A DNA stretch of 64,000 nucleotides from NCBI GenBank assembly GCA_944320495.1, contig CALUHR010000003.1, forward strand, positions 128,001 through 192,000, read 5' to 3'. Numbering within the stretch: position 1 is the first letter of the stretch; each line of letters starts with the position of its first letter. Positions 18,727 through 29,217 of this stretch are shown piece after piece. Under the pieces are notes generated by a model, which had not been told where the DNA came from, made no database searches, and was given only the letters and a program-made list of their open reading frames with translations. Made by a program: the position numbers and the translations under genes. The DNA is from Candidatus Methanomethylophilaceae archaeon (GTDB lineage Archaea; Thermoplasmatota; Thermoplasmata; Methanomassiliicoccales; Methanomethylophilaceae).

Positions 18727-19386
18727 TCACATCCTCTTGCAGCCGCGGAGCAGCCACTCGCCAATGGACTTGACACCGTACTTCAGCGTGGCCTTCATGT
18801 GGCGGCTGTGACTGCAGACGATGGGCGCGTCGTTGTGCATGATGTACTCGACGACCTCCTGCCATGTGGTGAGGTCGTCGGGGACCTCCACGTAGCCCTC
18901 GCCTATGTGGCGGGGCGTATGGGCGTCGCTGCCGGCAGTCATCGGCTTGCCGATCCTCCTGGCCAGCTTCTCCGAGCGCCTGTTGCCCCTCGGGGTGGAG
19001 CGCCCGTTGCGGGCCTCGATCCCGTCGAAGGGATACGCCAGGGTGTTCTTCTCCCCGAGGCCGGACCACCATCTGTAGGGATGGGCGGCGAACGCGTAAC
19101 CGCCGGCCTCGTGGATCCTGTCTATGGTCTCCTGGATGGAGAGGTCCCGCGGGATCAGCCTGTCGATGCCGAGGGCGACTATGTGGCCCTCGGCCGACGA
19201 GACCTCTTCCGCGGGTATGATTATGACGCGGCCGTTGTCCTTGAGGCGCTCGTACGCCTCGAACTGGTTGTGGTCGGTCACGGCGATGCAGCCGATCCCC
19301 ATGCGCTCCGCGTATTCCAGCAGCTCCTCCAGCGTGGTCTTGCCGTCGTTGGAGTACAGCGTGTGCACATGGAGATCCGCCTTCAT
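18727..19386 (-). CDS. PHP domain metal-dependent phosphoesterase
   Basis: ADLHVHTLYSNDG, TDHN, AAHPYR, AGSDAH. Confidence 0.9.
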   Translation of the reverse strand: MKADLHVHTLYSNDGKTTLEELLEYAERMGIGCIAVTDHNQFEAYERLKDNGRVIIIPAEEVSSAEGHIVALGIDRLIPRDLSIQETIDRIHEAGGYAFAAHPYRWWSGLGEKNTLAYPFDGIEARNGRSTPRGNRRSEKLARRIGKPMTAGSDAHTPRHIGEGYVEVPDDLTTWQEVVEYIMHNDAPIVCSHSRHMKATLKYGVKSIGEWLLRGCKRM

Positions 19387-21632
19387 CTGACCCTCGCCCC
19401 GTCGATGAAGTCGTTGTCGTCGACGGTGATGAAGCATCCCTTGCCGTCTCCCATGGGGACGCGGATGTCTCCGTCGTAGACGAACGCGGCGGTGTCCGGA
19501 CACTCCTCCGGGACGTTCTCCCCGAGGACCTTGCCGTCGGTCATCTTGCCGACGCGGATGTCGACCTTCTCGCAGTGCTTGACCTCTATCCTCGAGGACG
19601 AGCACTCCAGACCGCAGTCGATCCTGGTGCCGTCGGGGACGTCGGCCGAGGGCTTCAGCAGCTTGATCGCATGTCCACCGAGGTCCTCGTCGTCCAGCGC
19701 CATGAGCATTCCGTCTGACTTCACGCCGCGGAACTTGGCCGGCTTGAGGTTGGAGATGACGAGCAGCCTCCTGCCCTCCATCTGCTCCCTCGGGTAGACG
19801 GTCTTGAGGTTGGTGACTATCTGCCTGGGCTCGGCCTCGCCGAGGCTGATCTTCAGAACGTAGAGCTTCTCCGCGTCCGGGTGGTCGGCGACCTCCACGA
19901 CGGTGCCGACGCGGATGTCCATCCTCCTGAAGTCGGCGAACGGTCCCGCCGGCGCCTGCTGCTGCGTCTCCTTGGGCTTCTCCTGCTTCTCCTCCATCTT
20001 CGGTTCCTCCTTCTGGACCTCGACCTTCTTGTATACCGGTACGGGCTCCCCGAGCTCCTGTCCGGCGACGACGGGCCTCAGGGCCTCGTCGAGTCCCGCG
20101 TCCTCGGGCGTGCCCTGGTATCCCAGGTACTGCCACACCCTCTCGGACGAGCGGGGCATGAACGGCCACATCATTATGCTGAGGGCCTTGGCTATGCGGA
20201 GGGCGGTGTTCATCGCGGCTCCGCAGGCCTCCCTGTCCTCCTTGATGAGGGCCCAGGGCTTCATCGAATCGAAGAACCTGTTCCCGTAGCGGGCCAGGTC
20301 CATGACAAGTTTGATGCCGCGCTTGAGCTCGCACGCGCCCATGAGATCGCGGTACTCGGCGACGGTCCTCTCGATCTCGGCGACCGTCTCCGGGTCGGTC
20401 TCGCCTGCGGGGATGGCGCCGAAGTTCTTCTTGGTGAAGCTCAGGCACCTGTGGTAGTAGTTGCCGAGGGTGGCGACCAGGTCGTTGTTGATCTTGGTGT
20501 CCAGATCCTCCCAGGTGAACTCGGTGTCGTGGGAATCGGGCATGTTGATCGATAGGTAGAACCTGATCGCGTCCGCATCGTACCTGGACAGGACGCTGGG
20601 GATGTCGATCGCCCCTCCGCGGCTGCGGCTCTTGGAGAGCTTCCCACCGCCGATCATGAGGTACTCGTTGGCGGGGATGTCGTACGGCAGGTCGAGTCCG
20701 CCCTCGCCCATGAGGATCGCCGGCCATATGATCGAATGGAACGGGATGTTGTCCTTCCCGATGAAGTAGTAGTGCCTCGCCTCGGGGTCCTTCCAGAACG
20801 CCTCCCAGTAATCGGGCTTCCCAATCATCCTGGAGTACTCCACCGATGCGCTCAGGTATCCGATGACGGCCTCGAACCACACGTAGATGACCTTGTCGTC
20901 CCATCCCTCGACGGGGATCGGGACGCCCCAGGACATGTCCCTGGTGATGGCCCTGTCGTGAAGGCCGTCCTCCAGCCAGTTCCTGGTGAAGGCCTTGACG
21001 TTGGCCCTCCATCCCTCCTTGCCCTCGAGGTATTTGAGCAGGGGCTCCCTGAACGCGCTCAGCTTCAGGAAGAAGTGCTCGGTCTTGCGGATCTCCGGGG
21101 TGCCGTTGCACAGGGTACAGTACGGCCTGAGGAGGTCCCCGGGCTCGAACGTCATGCCGCACGCGTCGCACTGGTCGCTGCGGGTCTTCTCGGCACCGCA
21201 GTTGGGGCAGACTCCCTCGACGTACCTGTCGGGGAGGAACCTGGCGCAGTGGGGGCAGTAGTACTGGTCCGTCTCCTTGGTGTAGACGTACCCCTTGTCC
21301 CTGAGGTCGTTGAACAGTCTCTGGACGACCTCGAAGTGGGTCGGGCAGTGGGTCTTGTTGTACAGGGTGTACTCGATGCCCATGTCCTCGATGGCCTTCT
21401 TGTTGATCTCGTGGAACTTGTCAGCGTACTGCTCCGGCGTCATGCCCGCCTTCTCGGCGGAGACGGTGATGGGGGTGCCGTGCTGGTCGGAGCCGCCGAC
21501 CATGAGGACCTCGTTGCCGATGACGCGGTTGTACCTGCTGAATATGTCCGCCGGCAGTAGGGACCCGGCGAGATGTCCCAGATGGATGGCGCCGTTGGCG
21601 TACGGCCAGGCGACGTTGACAACTACCTTCAT
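19383..21632 (-). CDS. metG: Methionyl-tRNA synthetase with C-terminal tRNA-binding domain
   Basis: WPYANGAIHLGH (HIGH), GSDQHGTP, Zn knuckles, GKDNIPFH, KLSKS, DIRVGTV OB-fold. Confidence 0.97.
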   Translation of the reverse strand: MKVVVNVAWPYANGAIHLGHLAGSLLPADIFSRYNRVIGNEVLMVGGSDQHGTPITVSAEKAGMTPEQYADKFHEINKKAIEDMGIEYTLYNKTHCPTHFEVVQRLFNDLRDKGYVYTKETDQYYCPHCARFLPDRYVEGVCPNCGAEKTRSDQCDACGMTFEPGDLLRPYCTLCNGTPEIRKTEHFFLKLSAFREPLLKYLEGKEGWRANVKAFTRNWLEDGLHDRAITRDMSWGVPIPVEGWDDKVIYVWFEAVIGYLSASVEYSRMIGKPDYWEAFWKDPEARHYYFIGKDNIPFHSIIWPAILMGEGGLDLPYDIPANEYLMIGGGKLSKSRSRGGAIDIPSVLSRYDADAIRFYLSINMPDSHDTEFTWEDLDTKINNDLVATLGNYYHRCLSFTKKNFGAIPAGETDPETVAEIERTVAEYRDLMGACELKRGIKLVMDLARYGNRFFDSMKPWALIKEDREACGAAMNTALRIAKALSIMMWPFMPRSSERVWQYLGYQGTPEDAGLDEALRPVVAGQELGEPVPVYKKVEVQKEEPKMEEKQEKPKETQQQAPAGPFADFRRMDIRVGTVVEVADHPDAEKLYVLKISLGEAEPRQIVTNLKTVYPREQMEGRRLLVISNLKPAKFRGVKSDGMLMALDDEDLGGHAIKLLKPSADVPDGTRIDCGLECSSSRIEVKHCEKVDIRVGKMTDGKVLGENVPEECPDTAAFVYDGDIRVPMGDGKGCFITVDDNDFIDGARVR

Positions 21633-21699
21633 GATAACATCCCCCGGAGGGAGGGTTGCAGACTTATATTCATCGTCCGGAAGGGAATGTGGCGGGAGT

Positions 21700-23085
21700 T
21701 CACTCGGCCCCAGCACGCGGATCGGCGACGGATTCCTCGTGCTCGACCCTGCGGAGGACAATGCGTGCATGGGCGTACATCATCAGACCTCCGAGGATCT
21801 CCGCGATGGCCGTTGCCCACCAGAGCGATGTGAGCGTACCGATGGCGACCATGGCGGCGTACATGCCCGCACTGAGGATTATGTTCCTGGCCAGCGAGTT
21901 GATCATCCCGCCCGTCGCCCTGTTTATGGACTGCATGAGCGAGGATCCCGTGTACACCAGTGACATCACGGGAAGGAACAGGGCGAAGATCATCAGCATC
22001 TCGGTCATGTCGCCGTGCAGGTAGGCCAGGTCGTCGGACATGGTGAACACCGACGACAGGGGACCTGCCGCCAGCGCAAGGACGACGGAGAGCGCGGCGG
22101 TCATCAGCACCGATGTGACGACGGAGTATCTGAATGCGGTACGTATGAGATCGAACCTCCGCATACCGTATTCGGCGGCACACACGGCCACCATAGCGCC
22201 TCCCATGGCCTGGCCGACGATCATGATGAAGTTGGCGATCCTCCAGCCGGTGGAGTACAGGCCGACCATGTCCGTGCCCCCGACCTCGATGACGACGTAG
22301 TTCAGGAAGATGTTGAACAGGTACATGATCGAGAGCTCGAGGGCCTCGGGACCCCCGACGGACATTATGCCCCTCCATACGCGGGCATCGGGCCTGTAGT
22401 CCGACCTGGTGATGGAGATGTACATGCTCTTGTCGCGGAGGTACCAGTACGCCGCGATGGCGCAGGAGACGACGAACGCTATCACCGTCGCCCATGCGGC
22501 TCCGGCCACGCCCATGTCCAGGGTGTAGATCATGATCGGGTCTAGGACGATGTTGACCAGGGCGCCGATGACCTGTATGGCCATGGAGCGCTTGGCGGCG
22601 CCCTCCCCGCGCAGCATGCCGGACATCACGCCGCTGAGGATGATGAAGAACGTCGACAGATAGAGGGGATTGGCATATGCCAGGCAGTCCCCGACGGTGT
22701 CGCCTGCCCCCATGATCACCATCAGCGGCTCCGCCGTCAGCAGCAGGAACGGTGTGAGTATGAGGCTCACTACCAGCGTTATCACTATGCCCTGTGCGGC
22801 GGACCTGTTGGCATCAGCGTGATTGCGATGCCCGATGTCCCTGGCTATCGCGGCCCCGACACCGATGCCCAGGCCGTTCCCGATCCCGATGAGGATTGTG
22901 TAGATCGGGTAGACGATTCCGAGCGCTCCCATGGCGGAGCCCCCGAGCCCGGCGACCCAGAGGCTGTCGACGATGTTGTTCAGCTGCTGGAAGAAGAGCG
23001 CCACTCCTATCGGTATCGCTAACGCGATGACCCCCTTGCGCGGGTCGCCCAGCAGGGTCCTCGTCCCGACGGTGCTCTCCTCCAT
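21700..23085 (-). CDS. MATE family efflux transporter
   Basis: LAIPIGV...NIVDSLWVAGLG, MLRGEG, NIVLDPIMI, GVAGAAWAT; about 12 TM helices. Confidence 0.93.
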   Translation of the reverse strand: MEESTVGTRTLLGDPRKGVIALAIPIGVALFFQQLNNIVDSLWVAGLGGSAMGALGIVYPIYTILIGIGNGLGIGVGAAIARDIGHRNHADANRSAAQGIVITLVVSLILTPFLLLTAEPLMVIMGAGDTVGDCLAYANPLYLSTFFIILSGVMSGMLRGEGAAKRSMAIQVIGALVNIVLDPIMIYTLDMGVAGAAWATVIAFVVSCAIAAYWYLRDKSMYISITRSDYRPDARVWRGIMSVGGPEALELSIMYLFNIFLNYVVIEVGGTDMVGLYSTGWRIANFIMIVGQAMGGAMVAVCAAEYGMRRFDLIRTAFRYSVVTSVLMTAALSVVLALAAGPLSSVFTMSDDLAYLHGDMTEMLMIFALFLPVMSLVYTGSSLMQSINRATGGMINSLARNIILSAGMYAAMVAIGTLTSLWWATAIAEILGGLMMYAHARIVLRRVEHEESVADPRAGAE

Positions 23086-23147
23086 GACCGCGTCACCTGA
23101 TGTCCTCGTTATAATGACTGCGAAAGGGACGCCCCGACCATGGTCCG

Positions 23148-24032
23148 TCAGGGACCCATGGACGTTATCGGAACGACGCAGACGCCGTCCGGACGCCTGT
23201 ACGCGTACCTGGTCATGCCGCATACCACACACAGGACCGACGGCGGGGTTCTCTCCTTCCTGAAGAACTCCTCCATCCTTTTCAGGTTCTCCGCCGCAGC
23301 ATCGATCTGCCCCGCCCCGAGTTTGATCTCGAATGCGCCCCATCTGCCGTCCTCGGCCTCCACCACCGCATCGATCTCCCTCCCACGGCCGTCGCGGTAA
23401 TGGAAGAGCCTGCCGCCCTCATGTTCCGCGTATATCTGGAGGTCATGTTCGCAGAGTGCCTCGAACAGGAATCTCGTGGTTCTGAGGTCGTTCCTGAGCA
23501 TCTGGGCGTTGAGCCTCATGGCCGCCACAGCAAGTGACACGTCTGTCAGATGACGCTTCGACTCTTCCCGATGCGGGCATCGGACCTCACATTCGGACTG
23601 AAACTGGGCATATCATCGATGAGATGCATCCTGTACAGGCAGTTCATGTAGTCCGCGAACGTGTCGTTCGAGATGCTCTCGTTCTCGTACTCCCTCATAT
23701 CCGATTTGATCTTCGAGTTCGAAGCCAAGGTGCTCTCGTTGCGGGCCAGCGAGCGGATCAGCATCGACATCTTCCGTTCGTCACGGCTCCTGCCGTCCAT
23801 ACGGGCCGCGTCCTCCGTAGCATTGTCCACGTACGCTCTGGCCAACATGGAGGGATACCCTCGGGATCCAAGTGCACCGGGCCAGCCCCCGCGAATCGGC
23901 ATGGTTCTCTGCGGTCCATGTCTTACCGCACCAGCGTGGATTCTCGATCGATATTGCCCCGAACGCCTCGAGCATCTCCTCCATCTCCTCGTCGAGAAGT
24001 CTGGGTCTGTTTCCTTTAGGAGTCGGGGTCAT
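23148..24032 (-). pseudogene. Degraded AAA+ ATPase / DUF4143 protein
   Basis: Three frames: PRWCGKTWTA (Walker A), RGGWP...LARNESTL, then FEALCEHDL...EIDAVVE...EIKLG. Frameshifts and a large internal deletion. Confidence 0.8.
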
Positions 24033-24247
24033 GGTACCCGGATGACCTCTAATCATGATACATCTATGGATTTCCTTCCACCGACTAGAAGGATTTCCAA
24101 GTTCGGTCGATAGTATGTCTTGGACCCCCGATGACGATAAGGGGACGTGTCCTCCACACGGATCATGCCAGATGCCGTCCCTGGAGTCGCACCAGCGGAT
24201 CGGACCCTCGTGCGAGTCTATTTAACAGATAAGGAAATGGAACTCGC

Positions 24248-26020
24248 ATGCGGATAGCGGCGGTACTGAACGACAGATGCCAGAACAAGAAATGCAACCA
24301 GGAGTGCGCCAAGTTCTGTCCCCTGAACAGGACGGGAGTGGAGTGCGTCACCTTCGGCGAGAGGGGGAAGCCCATCATCTCCGAGACCCTGTGCCAGGGA
24401 TGCGGCATCTGCGTGAACAAGTGCCAGTTCGAGGCCGTCAAGATCATCGGCCTCGCCGACGAGCTGAAGGAGGATCTCATGCACCAGTACGGTCTGAACT
24501 CCTTCCGCCTGTACCGCCTTCCCGTGCCCAAGAAGGGCATCGTCACCGGAATCCTGGGTCCGAACGGTATCGGTAAGACCACCGCCATCAAGATGCTCTG
24601 CGGCATCGAGGTCCCCAACCTGGGCAACTACGAGAACCCCCCGACCAAGGAGGAGGTCCTCGCCAGCTTCGCCGGCACCGAGCTCCACGACTACCTCGAG
24701 AACCTGTACGCCGGCAAGATCAAGACCGCCATGAAGCCGCAGTACGTCGACAAGCTCCCCAAGGCCACCCAGGGAGTGGTCAGGGACCTGCTGTCCAAGG
24801 TCCAGGAGCGCATGACCCTGGAGGAGGCCGCCGAGACCTTCGAGCTCACCGAGGTCCTCGACAGGGAGCTCTCCAAGCTCTCCGGAGGGGAGCTGCAGAG
24901 GGTCGCCATGGCCGCGACCATGATGAAGGACGCGGACGTCTACTTCTTCGACGAGCCCACCTCCTACCTCGACATCTACCAGAGGGTCAAGATGGCCCGC
25001 CTGATCAAGGAGCTCGCAGCCGAGAAGCAGGTCATGGTCATCGAGCACGACCTGGCCATCCTGGACTTCCTGGCGGACAACGTCAACGTCGTCTACGGTT
25101 CCGAGGGGGCGTACGGAGTCTTCACCCTTGCCCGCCAGGTCAGGACCGCCATCAACGTCTACCTGGACGGATACCTCCCCGAGGAGAACATCAGGTTCAG
25201 GGACAGACCCATCGAGTTCGAGGCCTCGCCTCCCCGCGGAGACTGGCAGACCGGGGACCTGATATCGTTCAAGGCCCTGCACAAGGATTTCGGCGAGTTT
25301 AAGCTGGACGTCACCGGCGGGGCCGTCAAGATCGGTGAGTCCGTCGGAATCGTCGGACCCAACGCCACCGGTAAGACCACCCTGGTCAAGATGCTGGCCG
25401 GGATCATCGACCCCGACTCGGGAGAGATGGACAACAAGGTCAAGGTGTCCTACAAGCCCCAGTACATCACCGGGGACTTCGACGGCACCGTGCAGGAGCT
25501 CCTCTACGCCAAGGCCTACGAGACCGTCACATCCAGCTTCTTCACCGGCGAGGTCATCGAGCCCCTCGGCATCAAGTACCTGATGGACAAGGATGTTGCC
25601 AAGCTCTCCGGAGGTGAGCTGCAGAGGGTCGCCATAACGCTGTGCCTCGCCACCGACGCGGACATCTACCTCTTCGACGAGCCGTCGGCCTACCTCGATT
25701 CCAATCAGAGGATGAATGCCGCCAAGACCATCCGCCGCATGATGGAGAAGTCCGGGCGCAGCGCCATGGTCGTCGACCACGACATCTACTTCCTTGACAT
25801 GGTCTCCGACTCCATGATGGTGTTCGGAGGCGAGCCCGGCCACCATGGAATCGGCGACGGTCCGTTCGACATGCGCGAGGGCATGAACAGGTTCCTCTCC
25901 GCCGTGGACATCACGTTCCGCAGGGACGCGGACACCCACAGGCCCAGGATCAACAAGCCCGACTCCAGGCTGGACAGGGAGCAGAAGTCCAAGGGCGAGT
26001 ACTACTACGCCAGCTCCTGA
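24248..26020 (+). CDS. rli: ABCE1/RLI ribosome recycling ATPase
   Basis: N-terminal Fe-S domain (CQNKKCNQEC..CP, CQGCGICVNKC), two NBDs GPNGIGKT/GPNATGKT, LSGGELQR twice. Confidence 0.97.
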   Translation: MRIAAVLNDRCQNKKCNQECAKFCPLNRTGVECVTFGERGKPIISETLCQGCGICVNKCQFEAVKIIGLADELKEDLMHQYGLNSFRLYRLPVPKKGIVTGILGPNGIGKTTAIKMLCGIEVPNLGNYENPPTKEEVLASFAGTELHDYLENLYAGKIKTAMKPQYVDKLPKATQGVVRDLLSKVQERMTLEEAAETFELTEVLDRELSKLSGGELQRVAMAATMMKDADVYFFDEPTSYLDIYQRVKMARLIKELAAEKQVMVIEHDLAILDFLADNVNVVYGSEGAYGVFTLARQVRTAINVYLDGYLPEENIRFRDRPIEFEASPPRGDWQTGDLISFKALHKDFGEFKLDVTGGAVKIGESVGIVGPNATGKTTLVKMLAGIIDPDSGEMDNKVKVSYKPQYITGDFDGTVQELLYAKAYETVTSSFFTGEVIEPLGIKYLMDKDVAKLSGGELQRVAITLCLATDADIYLFDEPSAYLDSNQRMNAAKTIRRMMEKSGRSAMVVDHDIYFLDMVSDSMMVFGGEPGHHGIGDGPFDMREGMNRFLSAVDITFRRDADTHRPRINKPDSRLDREQKSKGEYYYASS

Positions 26021-26088
26021 GCTGCCCTCCGCATCGGTCGAAGTGTTCGGGAGAACTCTAAAAATACACGAAAGGATGCGTTATCCCG

Positions 26089-27144
26089 ATGGGAAAAGCC
26101 GATACCCATGTCCATACCGAATTCTCGGGGTTCCAGAAGCTCGGGGTGATCAAGTTCCCCGAGTCGGTCGCGCAACCCGAGACGCAGGTGGACAGGGCCC
26201 GCGACAACGGCATGGACGTCTTGTGCATCACGGACCACGACGAGGTCCACGGCGCGATGATCGCCCAGAAGTACGCGCATCAGAAGTACGACGACATCGA
26301 GGTAGTGGTCGGCGAGGAGGTCACCACCAGGGACGGCGAGATCATCGGCCTGTTCCTGACCGAGAGGGTGCCTGACATGCTGTCCGTCGAGGAGACCGTC
26401 GATATCATAAGGGAGCAGGGCGGCCTCGTCATCGCCCCGCATCCGTTCAGCTTCCACGTGCCGGGCCTGAAGGAAAGGATCCTCGACCTGGACATAGACG
26501 GCTTCGAGGTCATCAACGGCGGTCATCCGGACGCCTACACCAACATGTTCGCCAGGCTGGTCATGGACCGCTATCCCGGCAGATGGTGCGAGACCTCCGG
26601 GAGCGACGCTCACTCCGTCTACACCACGGGATACAACTGGACCGAGTTCCCCGGCAGGACCGCGGACGACCTGCGCCGGGCCATACTCGATAAGACCACC
26701 AAGGCCTGCGGAACGGCGGCCCCGGTCTTCGGACAGGTCCAGTGGAGCGTGGACGTCGTCATCGGCGGACAGAAGCTCATGTACAGGTCACTCAAGGGGA
26801 GACTCAAGAACGTCCCGAAGGACCACCTCGTCGAGAAGATCAACAGTATAAGCGACCTGAAGAAGGCCACCGGGATCTTCGCCGGGATGCTCTACGTCAT
26901 CCCGCCGCTGTCCTTCATCGCCACCGTCGCCAGCACTTCGTTCCTGAGGAAGGGGGCCGAGAGGATGACCATGGGGATTCCCGACAGGCTTGAGTTCATC
27001 GACTCCGTCATAAGGGAGGTCGACGCCAACGGCGGCCCCGGCCACCACCGCCCGGCATACCTGGACGAGAGGGACGAGAGCCCGCTCGCCGCATACAAGG
27101 GCCTTCCGTTCAAACTGCCCTTCGACGTCGCCCGCAACAAATGA
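26089..27144 (+). CDS. PHP domain protein with C-terminal extension
   Basis: KADTHVHT, ITDHD, APHPF, GSDAH. Confidence 0.88.
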   Translation: MGKADTHVHTEFSGFQKLGVIKFPESVAQPETQVDRARDNGMDVLCITDHDEVHGAMIAQKYAHQKYDDIEVVVGEEVTTRDGEIIGLFLTERVPDMLSVEETVDIIREQGGLVIAPHPFSFHVPGLKERILDLDIDGFEVINGGHPDAYTNMFARLVMDRYPGRWCETSGSDAHSVYTTGYNWTEFPGRTADDLRRAILDKTTKACGTAAPVFGQVQWSVDVVIGGQKLMYRSLKGRLKNVPKDHLVEKINSISDLKKATGIFAGMLYVIPPLSFIATVASTSFLRKGAERMTMGIPDRLEFIDSVIREVDANGGPGHHRPAYLDERDESPLAAYKGLPFKLPFDVARNK

Positions 27145-27169
27145 TATCCGCCGACGCGTTCCACCCCCG

Positions 27170-27514
27170 ATGGAAGCATACAAGATCGGCGTCACGGTGC
27201 CTCTCGGCACCGAGCATGAGATGATGGACACCCTCGACGGATACTTCTCCCCGCTCTATCCCGGATACGACCACGTTTACTCGTGGTGGGAGACCGAGGG
27301 GAGCTGGAGACCCCTGGAGGGGTCGCACCCGCACCAGGGGGAGATCGGCAGGATCGAACGCGCCCGCGAGGTGCGCATAGAGTTCGCGGTACATGCCCGG
27401 GACGCGCCCGCGGTGGTCCGCCGCATCGCGGAGGTCCATCCCTTCGAGGAACCCGCGATAGACGTGATCCCGCTGATCCCGTGGAAGGACGTCGCTGTGC
27501 TGGACGGTAGTTGA
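27170..27514 (+). CDS. YqfO/Nif3-insert-like (PII/CutA-fold) protein
   Basis: GSWRPLEGSHPHQGEIG...EVHPFEEPAIDVIPL. Confidence 0.8.
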   Translation: MEAYKIGVTVPLGTEHEMMDTLDGYFSPLYPGYDHVYSWWETEGSWRPLEGSHPHQGEIGRIERAREVRIEFAVHARDAPAVVRRIAEVHPFEEPAIDVIPLIPWKDVAVLDGS

Positions 27515-28052
27515 ACAGGTTGTCGAAGGACTTCTGCATCCTGTGGATCTTGAGGCTCTGCTTCCTGTACGCGAGCTCCCCGTCGTCGATCAGTCCCATG
27601 GCGTTGTACCTGTCCAGGACCGCGAAGGCACCGTCGTAGTCGCCGTCGACGCCGACCATGATGTCGATTAGCCTGTTCCTGCATGAGAGCCTGCCCTCGG
27701 GCGGGAACGATGCGGAGACGGCTGGATACAGATCCAGATTCCTCAGGCACATGGCCTTGGCGTCGGCGAACCTGTCGGAGCCGAAGAGGCCCTCGATGAG
27801 ACCCTCCGTCGCCCTGAACCTGGAGACGTCGTCGAGCTCGGCTGCCTCGAGGAACTCCCCAGCTGTCACGGCGAGTTTGTAGTTGTGGTCGTCGACCGCG
27901 CGGGACATCAGGTCCGTGAGGAATCCGAGCTGGGAGGACGTGTCTATGCCGTCAACGTACCTGCGAACCCTGACCCTGTCCTGGGAGGACAGGCCGGAGT
28001 ACCATCCGTCAAGCCCCGCCTGGGTGACCTGAGAGGGGATCTCATCTGCCAT
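27192..28052 (-). CDS. Helical hypothetical protein (inferred true end CGA 27492-27494)
   Basis: Coding-like through ...SFDNLFNYRPAQ. The remainder is the antisense shadow of the YqfO-like gene. Confidence 0.7.
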   Translation of the reverse strand: MADEIPSQVTQAGLDGWYSGLSSQDRVRVRRYVDGIDTSSQLGFLTDLMSRAVDDHNYKLAVTAGEFLEAAELDDVSRFRATEGLIEGLFGSDRFADAKAMCLRNLDLYPAVSASFPPEGRLSCRNRLIDIMVGVDGDYDGAFAVLDRYNAMGLIDDGELAYRKQSLKIHRMQKSFDNLFNYRPAQRRPSTGSAGSRLSRVPRRDGPPRCGGPPRARPGHVPRTLCAPRGRVRSCRSPPGAGATPPGVSSSPRSPTTSKRGRIRDRAGRSIRRGCPSSHARCREAP

Positions 28053-28076
28053 GGGACCGGAATCGTCGCATCTGGT

Positions 28077-29093
28077 TTAAACCTCGGCTTCGTCCGTCTC
28101 CCTCTCCACGGGTGATGTCATGGACTCGGTGGTCCACTCGATCCTCCCCTCGAACTCGACGGTGCGGGTGAAGCAGTTCCTCTCGCACACCCTGCAGTAT
28201 CCCTCGGTGCAGGGGACGGGTGTGATGGAGACCTCGATGGAATCGCCGTACTTGTCGCAGACCGCCTCGTTGATCTCGTCCTCCTCCCTTCCGACCTCCT
28301 CGACCGTCATGCAGCGGGGGAAGACCACCTTCATGTCGGCGTAGATCCTGGGGCCGTACTTTATCAGACGGAGGTTGCGGACGTCGATCCAGTCGTCATG
28401 GCGGTATCCGCGGATGGTTCCGGCCACCTCCTCCAGGAGGCCCGCGTCGGCGGTGTCCATGATGTCGTCCATGGCCCTCTTGATGACCTTGATTCCCGTG
28501 ACGACGATGATCACGCCGAACACCGCCGCGATCGATGAGTCCAGCCACCTGGCGTCGTACCCCATGCTCTCTGCGATGTAGACGACGACCAGACCGATCA
28601 GGATACCGATCGAGGAATATGTGTCGGAGCAGAGGTGCCTGCCGCTGGCCTCCAGGGCGGGGGACCTGTTCCTCCTTCCCTTGACGATGGCCGCGCGTCC
28701 GACAGCGAAATTCGCCACGGCGGCTATCGCGACGAGTATCAGACCGATGTCCAACTCGTCGGTGATCTCCCCCGGGTTGATGAAGGACTGGACGGTCTCG
28801 TAGAGGATCAGGAGACCGGCTGCCATGATCATCGTTCCCTCGATCGCCGAGGAGATGATCTCGATCTTCCCGTGGCCGAACGGATGGTTCCTGTCGGCCG
28901 GCTTCGCCGACAGGTAGAGCGCGTAGATGCCGATGCACGCGGCGACCACATTGACGATGGACTCGGTAGCATCGGTAAAGATGGCGACGGATCCCGTGAG
29001 GAAGTATGCCACATACTTGATGATCAGGAGTGTGAAACCGAGGACCACGATGATCTTCTGGAACTCGAAGTTCTCATCCGCCGCTTTCGACAT
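28077..29093 (-). CDS. Cation diffusion facilitator transporter
   Basis: SVAIFTDATES, PADRNHPFGHGKIE, HLCSD; Cys-rich C-terminus. Confidence 0.93.
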   Translation of the reverse strand: MSKAADENFEFQKIIVVLGFTLLIIKYVAYFLTGSVAIFTDATESIVNVVAACIGIYALYLSAKPADRNHPFGHGKIEIISSAIEGTMIMAAGLLILYETVQSFINPGEITDELDIGLILVAIAAVANFAVGRAAIVKGRRNRSPALEASGRHLCSDTYSSIGILIGLVVVYIAESMGYDARWLDSSIAAVFGVIIVVTGIKVIKRAMDDIMDTADAGLLEEVAGTIRGYRHDDWIDVRNLRLIKYGPRIYADMKVVFPRCMTVEEVGREEDEINEAVCDKYGDSIEVSITPVPCTEGYCRVCERNCFTRTVEFEGRIEWTTESMTSPVERETDEAEV

Positions 29094-29217
29094 ACATCTA
29101 GGAAAACCGCACCAGATATATGCTTATTCGATTAGAAACGCCTAATCCTATCACAAATGTGATAATCAAACTGGTTCCGAGACTCTTTAGATTAGACGGC
29201 ATCCCTTTAAGTGAACC

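Noticed and set aside
18727-21171. 814-aa ORF ending in a PHP domain
   Set aside because: The N-terminal ~590 aa is an off-frame read of metG; PHP starts at 19386.
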